A DNA stretch of 64,000 nt, from NCBI GenBank assembly GCA_964016885.1, contig OZ024741.1, positions 23,064,001-23,128,000 on the forward strand. Direction: 5' to 3'. This document shows, one piece after another, positions 51,954 to 64,000 of the stretch (the first letter of the stretch is position 1; each line of letters begins with the position of its first letter). The notes under the pieces were generated by a model. The model ran no database searches. It had not been told where the DNA came from and was given only the letters and a program-made list of their open reading frames with translations. This DNA comes from Eledone cirrhosa (lineage: Eukaryota). Both the position numbers and the translations under genes were made by a program.

Positions 51954-54900
51954 GCAACAGCAAAAACAACAACAACAACAACAACAGACCAGTACAGATT
52001 TTGCAGAATTGCAACTAATAATTTCTGCTTTAAGAAGGGAAGTAACAGGAATAAAAGCAAGCATTTGGGTAGGACCCCACAATGAGGGGTCTTATCGGAA
52101 TGCCTTGCTAAAGAATCTCCCTGTACCTCTTGCCGTATCTGGGCACACTGAGAAGACTGCGGAATCTGCTCCCATGAAGTAATTGCCATTGGGGTACCAG
52201 AGGACAAGGCTGATCTTCAGGCATTTGCTGCTAGCTCAGCCAAAGCCCTAGGCTGTGTTCCCCCAAAGGGTGCTCTCCGCCTTGGTCGACCTGGTGGTCC
52301 AAAACCCAGACTCATCAGGCTGTCTTTTTCGGACCCCACTGAGGCAATTTCATATCATCTGGCCTCTGTTAAAGCCGGGCGTGAAAATCGGATTACCTTC
52401 CAAACACGCCCAGGCCTACCACCCCATGTATGTCCAAAGCTACGTGCTGCAGCTTCCTTGAATTGGAACTCAGCACAACATGAAAGTTTTAGTCTGCGTG
52501 ATGATGGGCAGATCTGGAGGTTTGTGAAGGCTGGTGAAATGTGGAAGAGAGATACCAGCTGGTCTGAGTGTGCTCTACCCACAATAACTGGCAATGAAAA
52601 AACTGCAACAACTTTGGGAAACTAAACCAGAACAACCTGCCATCGTCTACACACCATCATAAACTGCGAGCAGGGTACAAATTGTTGTCCTTAAATGCTC
52701 ACAGTTTATGCAGCAAGATACATCTGTTTAACTCCTACATCAGAAGCATCGACTGACTTCATCACAGTCACGGAAACCTGGGCACATTCCTTACTCTGTG
52801 ATGGGGTGTTCAGCATTACTGGGTACAACCTTTTCCGCAAGGACCGCATTAATCGCCGTGGTGGTGGTGTGATGGTCTACGTTCGTTCAAACTTTTCGGT
52901 AATTCTTTGCGTTGATTTGAACGAATCACAAGAAGTTTTTTTTTGTGACATACGTATGACCATGTCAACACTTCTGCTTGGTGTTGTTTGTCATAAGTAC
53001 TCACCTTTCCAACAAGAGATGACAACACTTTGGACCGGATCTTCACCACTACTCCTGAAGTGGTTATCAGTTGTACTACTGAAGAACCTCTAGGCGACTC
53101 TGATCATGCTATGATCGTTGCCAATCTGGCTCTTGCGGGCAGCAACAAAAACCAGAACCATCTCCAATCTGCTTGCTTTGATTGGAAGAAAGCAGATTGG
53201 AACTTGTACTGCACTGAGCTTCAGCGCCCAAACTGGCATGAGTTCTATAACTCTGGAGATGTGAACACTATACTCCAGAGCATCCTGGACTCAATATGGA
53301 TAGCATGTGCAGCATCGGTGCCACGTAAACAGAAAAAACCCCACCCCAAAAGTGCAATTTGGGAAACTTCAGCTGAACAGGAATATAAACTGCATAAATC
53401 AGATGCCAACAGAAAAAAGCGGAATAAATCTTCCAACCATCTCAAGCAAGTGACAAAAAAGGCAGTGCTTGAATTTGAACAGTGCATAGCAACCAATCCT
53501 GACAGTAAGGTGTTCTGGAAATATGTTCATTCAAAGCAGAGACCTCACTCTCCAGTTGGTCCTCTTCGCAATCCCCACACAAGCCAGATCACTGACGATC
53601 CCAAGGAATGCGCAGAACTCATTGCTGAGTGCTATGCAAGTATTTTTACTGTTGAAAACCAGAATGTACCATCTCCACCATCAAATTCCATAACAACTAT
53701 GGAATTTACACCTGCAATGTTGTGACGTCACCTTAAGAATAAGCGCAACTATGCCTCTCCTGGTCTTGATGGAGTTACATACCTGCTTCTCAAACGTGGC
53801 GGGTACTTCCTTTTGTGCCAGCTTTCTTTCTTCTTTCAATACTGTCTCAACAATGGTGCTACTCCGGAGCAGTGGAAAACTGCCAGTATCATTCCCCTGT
53901 TCAAAAAGGGCAACCGCATGTCACCTGTGAACTATCGTCCAGTCAGTCTTACTAGCTGTATGGCCAAACTGATGGAATCCTGTGTCAGAGAAACACTTTG
54001 GAACTTCTGGAGCTCTCACAGCCTCATCCGGCCCTCTCAGTTTGGATTTATCCCTAACTCCAGCTGCTGTGATCAGCTTATCGAGTTCCTTGAAGACATT
54101 ACCTGGATCACTGACAGCGGCTCATGGATGGATGTTGTTTACCTTGACTTCACTAAGGCTTTTAATTCTGTGCCACACAAAAGACTTATGGCAAAACTCT
54201 CTGCAATGGGTGTGAGGGATGATCTTTTTAACTGGTTGAAATCCTTCATTCTCAGCCGAAAAGAGGTAGTCACGGTTCTAGGACAGCATTTTTCACCATA
54301 GGAGATGTCATCTGGTGTACTACAGGGATCTGTTCTTGGTCCCCTTTTGTTTGTGGCATATATTAATGACATAGATGCCAACTTAAAGAATGCCATGGTA
54401 CTGAAATATGCAGATGACATCAAGCTGTACCTTGAAATCAAAAGGACTGATCCTGAAATCTACAACTCTTTCCTACAATCAGACCTGGACACAATGCAGC
54501 AATGGATCACAGACTGGCAACTGAAGCTGGCTGTGGACAAGTGTACCACCATCCATTTTGGGAGTAAAAATCCAGCGTCCACATACTCCCTCCACAACAC
54601 TGATATCAAGAAGTCCTCTTGTGAACGTGACCTGGGCATTACTGTCAGCAGCGAATTGCGTTGGACAAAGCATGTCTCTAAGATTGTCAAGAAGGCCGAG
54701 GGTGTCTTGGCATCACTCAGCAAGACCTTTGTTAGCCGCTCTCCAGCCATCTATTTAAAGCTATATACAGCTATGGTACGACCACACTTGGAATTCGCAT
54801 CATCAGTCTGGAACCCCTATCTTGCTCAGAACATTGACCTCCTGGAAACTGTTCTGAGACGTGCAACCAAGCGCATACCCTCCATCAGACACCTACCATA

Positions 54901-55379
54901 CTCTGAATGCCTTGCTTCCCTGGGCATGGATTCATTGAAGCTCCGACGTCTGGCAATGGACTTGGTAAACACCCACAAAGTTATTAACCATGTTGCCAAC
55001 AACAACCCTGAGCACCTTTTTGATCTCCATATGTCTAACACACATGGACATGCCTACAAAATCAGAAAACAGCACAGCTCCCATGACTTTCGTAGACATT
55101 TTTTCATGCTCAGAGTTGCTGAAGCATGGAACAAACTGCCTGCGTCAGTTGTTAGCTGCTGAGACACTGCATCCTTTAAACCCTCATGCTTCTCGAAATT
55201 CGCCAAAACTACACCTGATGTACCCACCCCTTCCATACACATGCACACATGTATATCATGACTCATGCACTGTTCATTTTCCTGACGTTTGTACATTACC
55301 CTATGTACTATACATACACTTTTTGATGAGTTGTAGTGCACCTGAGCACTACACAATATTTCATTATTATTATTATTAT
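51700..55379 (+). mobile_element. Near full-length decayed CR1-clade LINE (ORF1 plus APE-RT ORF2)
   Basis: ORF1 remnant (VIAIGVPE, RLGRPGGPKPRLI); APE (VTETW, RKDR..RRGGGV, SDH); RT (NYRPVSLTS, QFGF, LDFTKAF, QGSVLGPLLF, YADD); CR1 C-terminus (VRPHLEF..VW.P, FF..RV...WN.LP); 3' hairpin TGTAGTGC/GCACTACA then (ATT)n. The 5' boundary is approximate. Confidence 0.92.
52695..55162 (+). pseudogene. CR1 ORF2 endonuclease/reverse transcriptase, disrupted
   Basis: Split over ORFs 52695, 53030, 53813 and 54305 by stops and deletions. Confidence 0.9.
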
Positions 55380-55439
55380 ATATATATATACAACCCACAC
55401 ACATATATACCCTAGCAGCAAAATCTGACATTAAAACAA

Positions 55440-55479
<40 letters not shown>

Positions 55480-55485
<6 letters not shown>

Positions 55486-56352
55486 GCGGACGATATTTGT
55501 TCTCCAGATTACTGTCTAGGAAAAAATAACACAGTAGTTTTATTTTTTAAGATATATTTATCAAACTTGGGTCAGTTTGTCTTCATGACTTGTTCTTTCG
55601 ATCTCACTTGATAAACCCGCCATTGGCTTTGATGACGGCCTCGGAACCGGCTACAGGCCTTCGTCACTGTCCCCCAACTTAGGCCCCTAAGGCACTTTTG
55701 ATCCTGGCCTTCAGATCGTCTTTCGCATTGCAGCTAGATCTGTTGGTCTTTCGTTTCACTGCGCCCCACACAAAGTCGAGGGGGTTGCAGTCAGGCGAGC
55801 TGGGAGGCCAGATGTCAGGTGAAGTGTGGTCGACAAAGTTCTCTGACAGCCAGGCTGGGGTCTTTCGGCTGGTATGGCAGGGCGCCGAGTCTTGCTGCCA
55901 CACATACGGCCTACCTGCAGCTACCTGGTCGATTCAGGGCTTTACTACCGCGCTCAGAACGCGGATGTAGCCATCGGTGTTCAGCTTAAGGCCCTCAGGG
56001 AAGAAGTGAGGTGGCATGATGTCACCCTGACTGCTGACAACACCTAACACCAGTGTCGCTGGAAACTGTCTGCATGACTCTGGGCACGTCTTTGGATGAG
56101 ACAGTGAGCCACCTGTTGTTCTGGGAGTTGATCTTCTGGTCCTTATTTGGCCTTCTGGCGCGGATTCCAAGAAGAACTCCGTGTGTCTTCCACAAATCTA
56201 GAGGTTCAAAATTATTCATAATCAATTATTCTGAAAATAAATAATGGAAATATAGTCACTGTTTTTATGAAAACAAGAGTGACAACGGAAGTAAAACAAA
56301 TTTGCATAAAATTAGCAGTGGAAAATTGCGAACAGATGTCGTCCGCACCCTG
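55480..56352 (-). mobile_element. Internally deleted Tc1/mariner element, maT (DD37D) family
   Basis: TIRs (T)AGGGTGCGGACGATATTTGTTC / GAACAGATGTCGTCCGCACCCTG within (TA)n; WQQDSAPCH...WPPSSPDCNPLDF with 37 residues between the second and third catalytic Asp. Confidence 0.9.
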
Positions 56353-56355
56353 TGA

Positions 56356-56414
<59 letters not shown>

Positions 56415-56474
56415 TAAATAAATAAAATAAATAAATAAATAAAATAAAATAAATAAATAGAGAGAGAGAGAGAA

Positions 56475-56950
56475 TGTGGTCCCAGGTAAAAGTGCTACTG
56501 ATGCCCTATTCCTTTCGAAGCAATTGAAAGAGAAGTACCTAACTAAAAGTAAACCCCTCAACTTAGTATTTGTTGACTTGGAGAAATTTTTTGACAGTCC
56601 TGTTCCATTATTTTGTGGGCTCGTAAAAAACTAGGGGTAGGTGAATGCAGTACATGTATAGAGGAACAGTCATCAAGGTCAGAATTAAGAACGACTTTAG
56701 AGAAGAATTTAGCATGCAGGAGTCCATCAGGGCTCTTTTCTTAGCCCTGTCCTGTTTATCTTGAAGGCTATAACCGAAGTGATTAAGACTGGCTACCCAT
56801 GAGAACTCCTGCCAATGATCTAACCCTCATAGCTGAATCTAGAGCAGAATTAAAGAAAAAAGCTTGAGAATAAAAGGTCTTAAACTTGGCAAAGACAAAC
56901 AGAAAGGAAAAGAGGGCCCAGTTCTCTTCAGAAAATGGCCTTGTGCAGTG
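56475..56950 (+). mobile_element. RTE-type reverse transcriptase fragment
   Basis: VPGKSATDALFLSKQLKEKYL...VFVDLEK and GVHQGS.LSP.LF motifs; ends at WPCAV where the 30-bp array starts. Confidence 0.8.
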
Positions 56951-58515
56951 ACATCCCTTCTAACCCTACAATTGTGCAGTGACACCCCTTCCAACCCTAC
57001 AAGTGCAGTGACATCCTTCTAACCCCTACAATTGTGCAGTGAGATCCTTCTAACCCCTACAATTGTGCAGTGACACCCTTCTAACCCTACAATTGTGCAG
57101 TGACACCCCTTCCAACCCTACAAGTGCAGTGACATCCTTCTAACCCCTACAATTGTGCAGTGAGATCCTTCTAACCCCTACAATTGTGCAGTGACACCCT
57201 TCTAACCCCTACAATTGTGCAGTGACACCCTTCTAACCCCTACAATTGTGCAGTGACACCCCTTCTAACCCCTGCAAGTGCAGTGACACCCTTCTAACCC
57301 CTACAAGTGCAGTGACATCCTTCTAACCCCTACAATTGTGCAGTGACAACCCTTCTAACCCCTACAATTGTGCAGTGACACCCTTCTAACCCCTACAATT
57401 GTGCAGTGACACCCTTCTAACCCCTACAATTGTGCAGTGACACCCCTTCTAACCCCTGCAAGTGCAGTGACATCCTTCTAACCCCTACAAGTGCAGTGAC
57501 ATCCTTCTAACCCCTACAATTGTGCAGTGACAACCCTTCTAACCCCTGCAAGTGCACTGACAACCCTTCTAACCCCTGCAAGTGCACTGATAACCCTTCT
57601 AACCCCTGAAAGTGCACTGACAACCCTTCTAACCCCTGCAAGTGCACTGACAACCCTTCTAACCCCTGAAAGTGCACTGACAACCCTTCTAACCCCTGAA
57701 AGTGCACTGACAACCCTTCTAACCCCTGAAAGTGCACTGACAACCCTTCTAACCCCTGAAAGTGCACTGACAACCCTTCTAACCCCTGAAAGTGCACTGA
57801 CAACCCTTCTAACCCCTGAAAGTGCACTGATAACCCTTCTAACCCCTGAAAGTGCACTGACAACCCTTCTAACCCCTGAAAGTGCACTGACAACCCTTCT
57901 AACCCCTGAAAGTGCACTGACAACCCTTCTAACCCCTGCAAGTGCACTGACAAACCTTCTAACCCCTGAAAGTGCACTGACAACCCTTCTAACCCCTGCA
58001 AGTGCACTGACAACCCTTCTAACCCCTGAAAGTGCACTGACAACCCTTCTAACCCCTGAAAGTGCACTGACAACCCTTCTAACCCCTGCAAGTGCACTGA
58101 CAACCCTTCTAACCCCTGCAAGTGCACTGACAACCCTTCTAACCCCTGCAAGTGCACTGACAACCCTTCTAACCCCTGAAAGTGCACTGACAACCCTTCT
58201 AACCCCTGAAAGTGCACTGACAACCCTTCTAACCCCTGCAAGTGCACTGACAAACCTTCTAACCCCTGCAAGTGCACTGACAACCCTTCTAACCCCTGAA
58301 AGTGCACTGACAACCCTTCTAACCCCTGAAAGTGCACTGACAACCCTTCTAACCCCTGAAAGTGCACTGACAACCCTTCTAACCCCTGCAAGTGCACTGA
58401 CAACCCTTCTAACCCCTGAAAGTGCACTGATAACCCTTCTAACCCCTGAAAGTGCACTGATAACCCTTCTAACCCCTGCAAGTGCACTGACAAACCTTCT
58501 AACCCCTGCAAGTGT
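56941..58515. repeat. 30-32 bp C-rich minisatellite (heterogeneous block 56941-57526, homogeneous 30-bp block 57527-58515)
   Basis: Unit CAACCCTTCTAACCCCTG(A/C)AAGTGCACTGA; the 341-aa and 332-aa ORFs are its periodic translations. Confidence 0.97.
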
Positions 58516-60059
58516 GGAAAACTAGATGTCACGCCTGAATAAAATTCACAGCCTAAAATCTACTTTGTGTTATACACACACACACTACCTTTTTTTAAAT
58601 ATATTTTTATATATCTTTTTTTTACTTGATGTCCTTTCTCAACATTAGAGTTCATGTTATATACCAATAAATACAGGAGATGGCTTGCTTATATTACTGG
58701 TATTTACTCTCAGGTCTCAAATAATCCCCCCACCTCGCTCTTATTCCAACCTTATTTTTATCCTTTCTTCATCCCCTCCACTCTTACTGCTCCAGTTCAC
58801 TCAGCTGTAGAAATGAGTTGTGATGTCACTGGTGTCAAGCTGTATTGGCCATTGCCTTTCCTATTAGACAACATCCATGGTGTGGATGTTTATACAGGTG
58901 TGGTGAACTGTATGTGTTCTAGCTATTAGAAAAAGCAAAATGAATGCTTCACCTTTGAAAGAAGAGATGACTCAACAAGTTAGATGAGTGGAACACAAAG
59001 CAGTTATATTCTTTTTTTATATAGAAGAGATATTTCTTTCAGTGTTTTTGCTTTTATCATTCAAGCTAAAGTGATGAATGATTTAAAACAAAACCACATG
59101 ATTGTTGAAGATAATATTTAGAAGAATTGTGGCTTCTTTATTTTTTTTTCAAAATGACATCTTGCCTCACCCACCTCCACAGTAAAGAAAAGAAAATTTA
59201 AATAAAACTGCTGATATTTAGGAGAAAATTAGAGGAAAAAAAAAATCAAGGTATTATAGCTGTGAATAGGGTTAAAACAGCCGCCATTTTCTGGTGGAAT
59301 TGTGGCATAATTATCTTCTTTGCCCACTTATTCCTGAGAGGATCAGGAGGGCAGAATCCTCAAACACTCCTTTCATCTTTCACCAACTGATCTGCCTGGA
59401 TCCCCAAGTGAGACCAGCTAATCTCACGGATGTTATCCAACTATCTTGCCTAGGGCCTACCACTAGGTCTCCTGCTGGTTGGTTTTGCCCATAAAATCTG
59501 TCCACTGATTCTTTCCTGAGACATTCTAGCCACAGGCCTATAAATAATAAAATAGTCGAATAAATTGTATCGAAGAAGAAAAGTCTAGTATTTGGGACAC
59601 TTCTTTATTTGGAGAGAGAGAATAGAGGAAGGGTTGCCATTTAGGTTCAAAATTCCTAATAAGGAAGTAGAGGAGTAATGAAGAATGGTTGGTGTAGTGG
59701 AAGAGAGGGAGGGAGTAAAACAAGTGAGAGCTACTGGGAAAGTTTGTTATGACAAGATGTGTGTGGAGGGACATAAAGTGAGAGGTCATGCAGTTTGTAA
59801 GAAGATCCAGGTCAGTTGGAATAAGAATGAGGTGTTAAGAGCCAGGTGAAGTGGCACAAGATATGAAGAGAAGGACATGAATAAGTCAGATATACACACA
59901 CATAACATGAAGATAACAGGGGACAACTAACAAGGGTGACATCTGTAAAGAATCTAAAGAATTAATAGAATATCAGGAGTGGTGAGATAAAAACAAAACT
60001 GCAGTCTGTGACAAGAGGGGGGAAAATGATATACAGAACAAACATTTTCATATATACAC

Positions 60060-60188
60060 CATGCATGCATGCATGCATGCATGCATGCATGCATGCATGC
60101 ATGCATGCATGCATGCATGCATGCATGTATGTATGTATGTATGTATGTATGTATGTATGTATGTATGTATGTATGTATGTATGTATGT
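60060..60188. repeat. (ATGC)n-(ATGT)n compound microsatellite
   Basis: Directly visible. Confidence 0.97.
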
Positions 60189-60794
60189 CAGGTCACCAGT
60201 TGGTGCTACTGGTAACATGTATCCCAGTACAACCTGTCCCATGGTCGGGTCGTTGGCGACTAAACTGGCAACCCCACCAAGGTTTCTTGGTGAGGAGGGT
60301 GACTTTGGACATCCTGCAGGAATAAAAACAAAACCTGTCAAAGGGCAAAGGAGCTCTTAAGAGTCAATGGCCATCCAAAATCACCGGGAGAGATGACCCC
60401 TTAGCCTTTGTCAAGGCAGAATTCTAGGAGAAGGAAAACTCTGATATAACACCTGCAACCCTGATGGTATCCGATGATGTTGACTTGTTCTTCTTTTTGG
60501 TAAATATCATCTTGGTTAAGAGAGTGGGACTGGCTTTGTGCAGTGCCTTTGCTCACTATAAAAGCTTCACGGCACAGGCATTGCTTTATATCTGGAGATC
60601 TCTCTGCACTTGTCGTCACATGGTACCATGGGCCCAGCACTATGTGTCAATAATTGTCACAGGTGTAGTGTTTGTACCAGAGTTTTCAAGTCGCTGGCTG
60701 GACTAAAAAGTCACACTCGTTCAGCGCATCGGTAGGAGTTCTCCTACATGGATATAAAGTAGTGGCCGTACTCGAAAACGAGTTGGCAGCCACT

Positions 60795-61421
60795 GTATGT
60801 ATGTATGTATGTATGTATGTATGTATGTATGTATGTATGTATGTATGTATGTATGTATGTATGTATGTATGTATGTATGTATGTATGTATGTATGTATGT
60901 ATGTATGTATGTATGTATGTATGTATGTATGTATGTATGTATGTATGTATGTATGTATGTATGTATGTATGTATGTATGTATGTATGTATGTATGTATGT
61001 ATGTATGTATGTATGTATGTATGTATGTATGTATGTATGTATGTATGTATGTATGTATGTATGTATGTATGTATGTATGTATGTATGTATGTATGTATGT
61101 ATGTATGTATGTATGTATGTATGTATGTATGTATGTATGTATGTATGTATGTATGTATGTATGTATGTATGTATGTATGTATGTATGTATGTATGTATGT
61201 ATGTATGTATGTATGTATGTATGTATGTATGTATGTATGTATGTATGTATGTATGTATGTATGTATGTATGTATGTATGTATGTATGTATGTATGTATGT
61301 ATGTATGTATGTATGTATGTATGTATGTATGTATGTATGTATGTATGTATGTATGTATGTATGTATGTATGTATGTATGTATGTATGTATGTATGTATGT
61401 ATGTATGTATGTATGTATGTA
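60795..61421. repeat. Perfect (TATG)n microsatellite (~155 units)
   Basis: Directly visible; followed by CA/TA/GT-rich repeats to ~61750 and (CAC/TAC)n at 61900-62185. Confidence 0.98.
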
Positions 61422-61426
61422 TAAAT

Positions 61427-61464
<38 letters not shown>

Positions 61465-62439
61465 GTATATACCACACTTCAATCCCCCACCCTTACACAT
61501 ACACGCGTGTATATATTATATAGAGTGTGTAAGTATATAAATTCACACACAATTTCATGCGTGTGTGTCTACGTGTGTGTGTGTGTATGTGTACGTGTGT
61601 ACATGTGTGTCTACGTGTGTCTACGTGTGTACATGTGTGTGTACGTGTGTACATCTGTGTGTACGTGTGTGTGTGTATATGTGTGTGTCTACGTATGTGT
61701 GTGTGTGTGTGTGTACATGTGTGTGTGTGTGTCTACGTATGTGTGTGCGCAGATGCTGGTATCAAACTTGTAAAAAATGAGTGTATTGTAAAAAAACATC
61801 TAATTTAATAATTCCTTAATTTCTTGGTTATAACATTCTGTGGAAACAGTTGGATCTGAGTGTTCCTTAACCTTAGAATATTCAATCTGCCACATATACC
61901 CCACTACTACCAGCACCACCACTATTACCGCTACTACTACTATTATTACCACCACCACCACTATTCCCACTACTACTACTACCATTACCACTACTACTAC
62001 CACTACCACCATTACCACTATTACCACCACTACTACTACTACCACTACTACCACTATTACCACCATCCACCACTACTACCACTCTCAATACTACTATTAC
62101 CGCCATTATTACCACCATTACCACTATTACCACCACTACTACTCTCCATACCACTATTACCACTAATACTATTACTAGTAGTACCACTAACTTTACTTTC
62201 ATTACTGCACAATACACATGGCAATAAAGAATTAAAAAAAAAAGAAAAAAGGAATAAAGCAAAGGAAGAAAAGAAGAGGGGGAGGGAGTGAGACTACACT
62301 CCAGTCTGAGTGGTGTTTCAGCTGTGAGTTAGTGACCAGAGACACCCACTACAACAGCCACCCCACCTCATGGGTTTCCTTGGATGGGCTGCTGTCTTTC
62401 TGACTTTACAAAGGAAATCAGCAGTGTCGGGGACTGAGG

Positions 62440-63225
62440 TCACCCGAGGTCTCAATGGAGACTGGTACGAAAAGGAAGCAGCCGGCTGGAATTTGCAGAC
62501 AACATGGTGTTACTAAACTCGACAGTGATTTCTGACTTGCACTCGATATGTTTGTTGCCAAGTGCTGCATGGCTGCAATGAAAAATTAGTACTGCAAAAC
62601 CTGAGACAACATCCTCTCAAGTGCATTCTACATGTGAATGGAGTTCCACTGAAGCAAGTGGAGAGGTTCAACTATCTCAGGGCTGTGTTCACGAGTGATG
62701 GAAGGCAGGAGGCTGAATCAAGTGCAAGAATTGCAGGAGCTGGTGCAGTAATGAACAAGTTTCAGTATTCTGTAACCAGAAGAAGGGAGGTATTTGTGTC
62801 TTCCATTCGGTATTCATACCAACCCTTACCTATTGTCTTGAATCTTAGGTAATGACTGAAAGAATACGATTGCGAATACAAGCAGCCGAAATGGGGTTTC
62901 TCTAAAGGTTTTTGGAGTAACGTTACTCGATAGAGTGCAAGAATCATTCCAGGTAGAGCCGCCACTTCTCCAAATCAAGAGATCACAGCTCTGATACTAT
63001 GGGCATGTGGTTAGAATGTCTCAGGAAAGAATCACTGGACAGATTTTACAGGCAAAACCAAGCAGCAGGAGACCCAGGGGTAGGCTCAGAGCAAGATGGT
63101 TGGATAACATCCATGAGTTTGGCTGGTCTTGCTTGGGGATCTAGCCGGATCAGTTGGAGACAGTTGCTTCTGACAGGACCCACTGGAAGAAGTGTTTGTA
63201 GGCCCTCTAAGTGGGAGAAGAAGAG
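62440..63225 (+). mobile_element. RTE-clade LINE fragment (RT C-terminal part to 3' end)
   Basis: FAD-like motif, VNGVPLKQVERFNYL, IQAAEMGF, QL.YYGHVVRM and RRPRG..RARWLDNIHE motifs, frameshifted. Confidence 0.8.
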
Positions 63226-64000
63226 ATTTATGTATATTCTTTATACACACAATTCCTCTAAATCAAACACAGCTTCTTTAACATCCTGTCATGATTTAGC
63301 AGAAAATATCTAAAAACATGTTTGTTAATTCAAATATTTATTGTATCTTTACTAATAGACAGATCCTTGCTAACATTTGCAATATTAGAGCAAAGACTTT
63401 AATTTTTAATGTGATGCAGTCATAATGCTGTTTTGTACTTTTGTGTATGAGGGGGGCCCCCAAACCTGAAGTATCCCAGTCCCCCCAAGGTTTAAATCCT
63501 ACCCTGCAACAAGGACAGAAACGGTTTTTGTCTAATTGCAAGGATAACCTCTTTAACTCACTATATTAACATATGTGAGACTATACCAGATTTAGGTTTT
63601 CACTTCTCATCTATCCTGAAAAACTGGTAACATACTGTGATTGAGTCAATTGATCATTCCGCTTTTTTCTGAACAAAGGCAAATATTTAGAATAAATATT
63701 TCATGAACATTCTACAGCTAGGAACATTTTAATAGAAGATCTACTGAATGAGAAATAAAAAGGAAAATATTCGTTTTCATGTAAAGTTATTTTGGAGCTC
63801 ATGTTTTACTATCATTCACAATATTTATATGCTTGTATGTTCTCTCAGGTCCCAAATAATAGAGGGGGTTGGATAAGTGATGGAGAGATATGCAGGAGCT
63901 TGGAAAATTGGTAATTTTTCTAGGTTTTCTCCATTGATTATTTTTTTTGAAAACCAGAATTAGTTGTTTAGTTTACATAGAGACATAGAGACCCCAACCC

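Noticed and set aside
1-58515. Tandem arrays of 30-55 bp as CRISPR-like arrays
   Set aside because: No unique spacers, no cas genes, eukaryotic context; they are head-to-tail minisatellites.
41641-58515. G-rich then C-rich arrays as a telomere-fusion scar
   Set aside because: Units do not contain tandem TTAGGG; CTAACCC appears only once per 30-mer, and 5.5 kb of TEs separate the arrays.

Overview
This is AT-rich, repeat-saturated eukaryotic (metazoan) DNA, not prokaryotic; the SINE families resemble those I recall from octopod cephalopods (inference). The only host gene I can support is a minus-strand Par-3/Bazooka (PARD3) orthologue, seen as four small exons with canonical splice sites and compatible phases (17769-17870, 13957-14155, 12586-12749, 3380-3568). 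Its expected first coding exon was not found, so the 46 kb to the right is probably intron 1. The rest is transposon debris and tandem repeats: a complete Buster-type hAT with TIRs and an 8-bp TSD (21512-25025), a near-full-length decayed CR1 LINE (~51.7-55.4 kb), an internally deleted DD37D maT element, many RTE fragments, a CRE-like 3' end, two tRNA-type SINE families, TTAA-flanked MITEs, five large minisatellite arrays (48, 50, ~40-55, 41/43 and 30 bp units) and microsatellites. Most long ORFs in the track are repeat artefacts. The most interesting signals are two inverted pairs of Penelope-type hammerhead-ribozyme-like motifs, a series suggesting that minisatellites are repeatedly born from short retroelement segments, and a multi-hairpin module at ~60.2 kb. 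I found no convincing novel protein-coding system.
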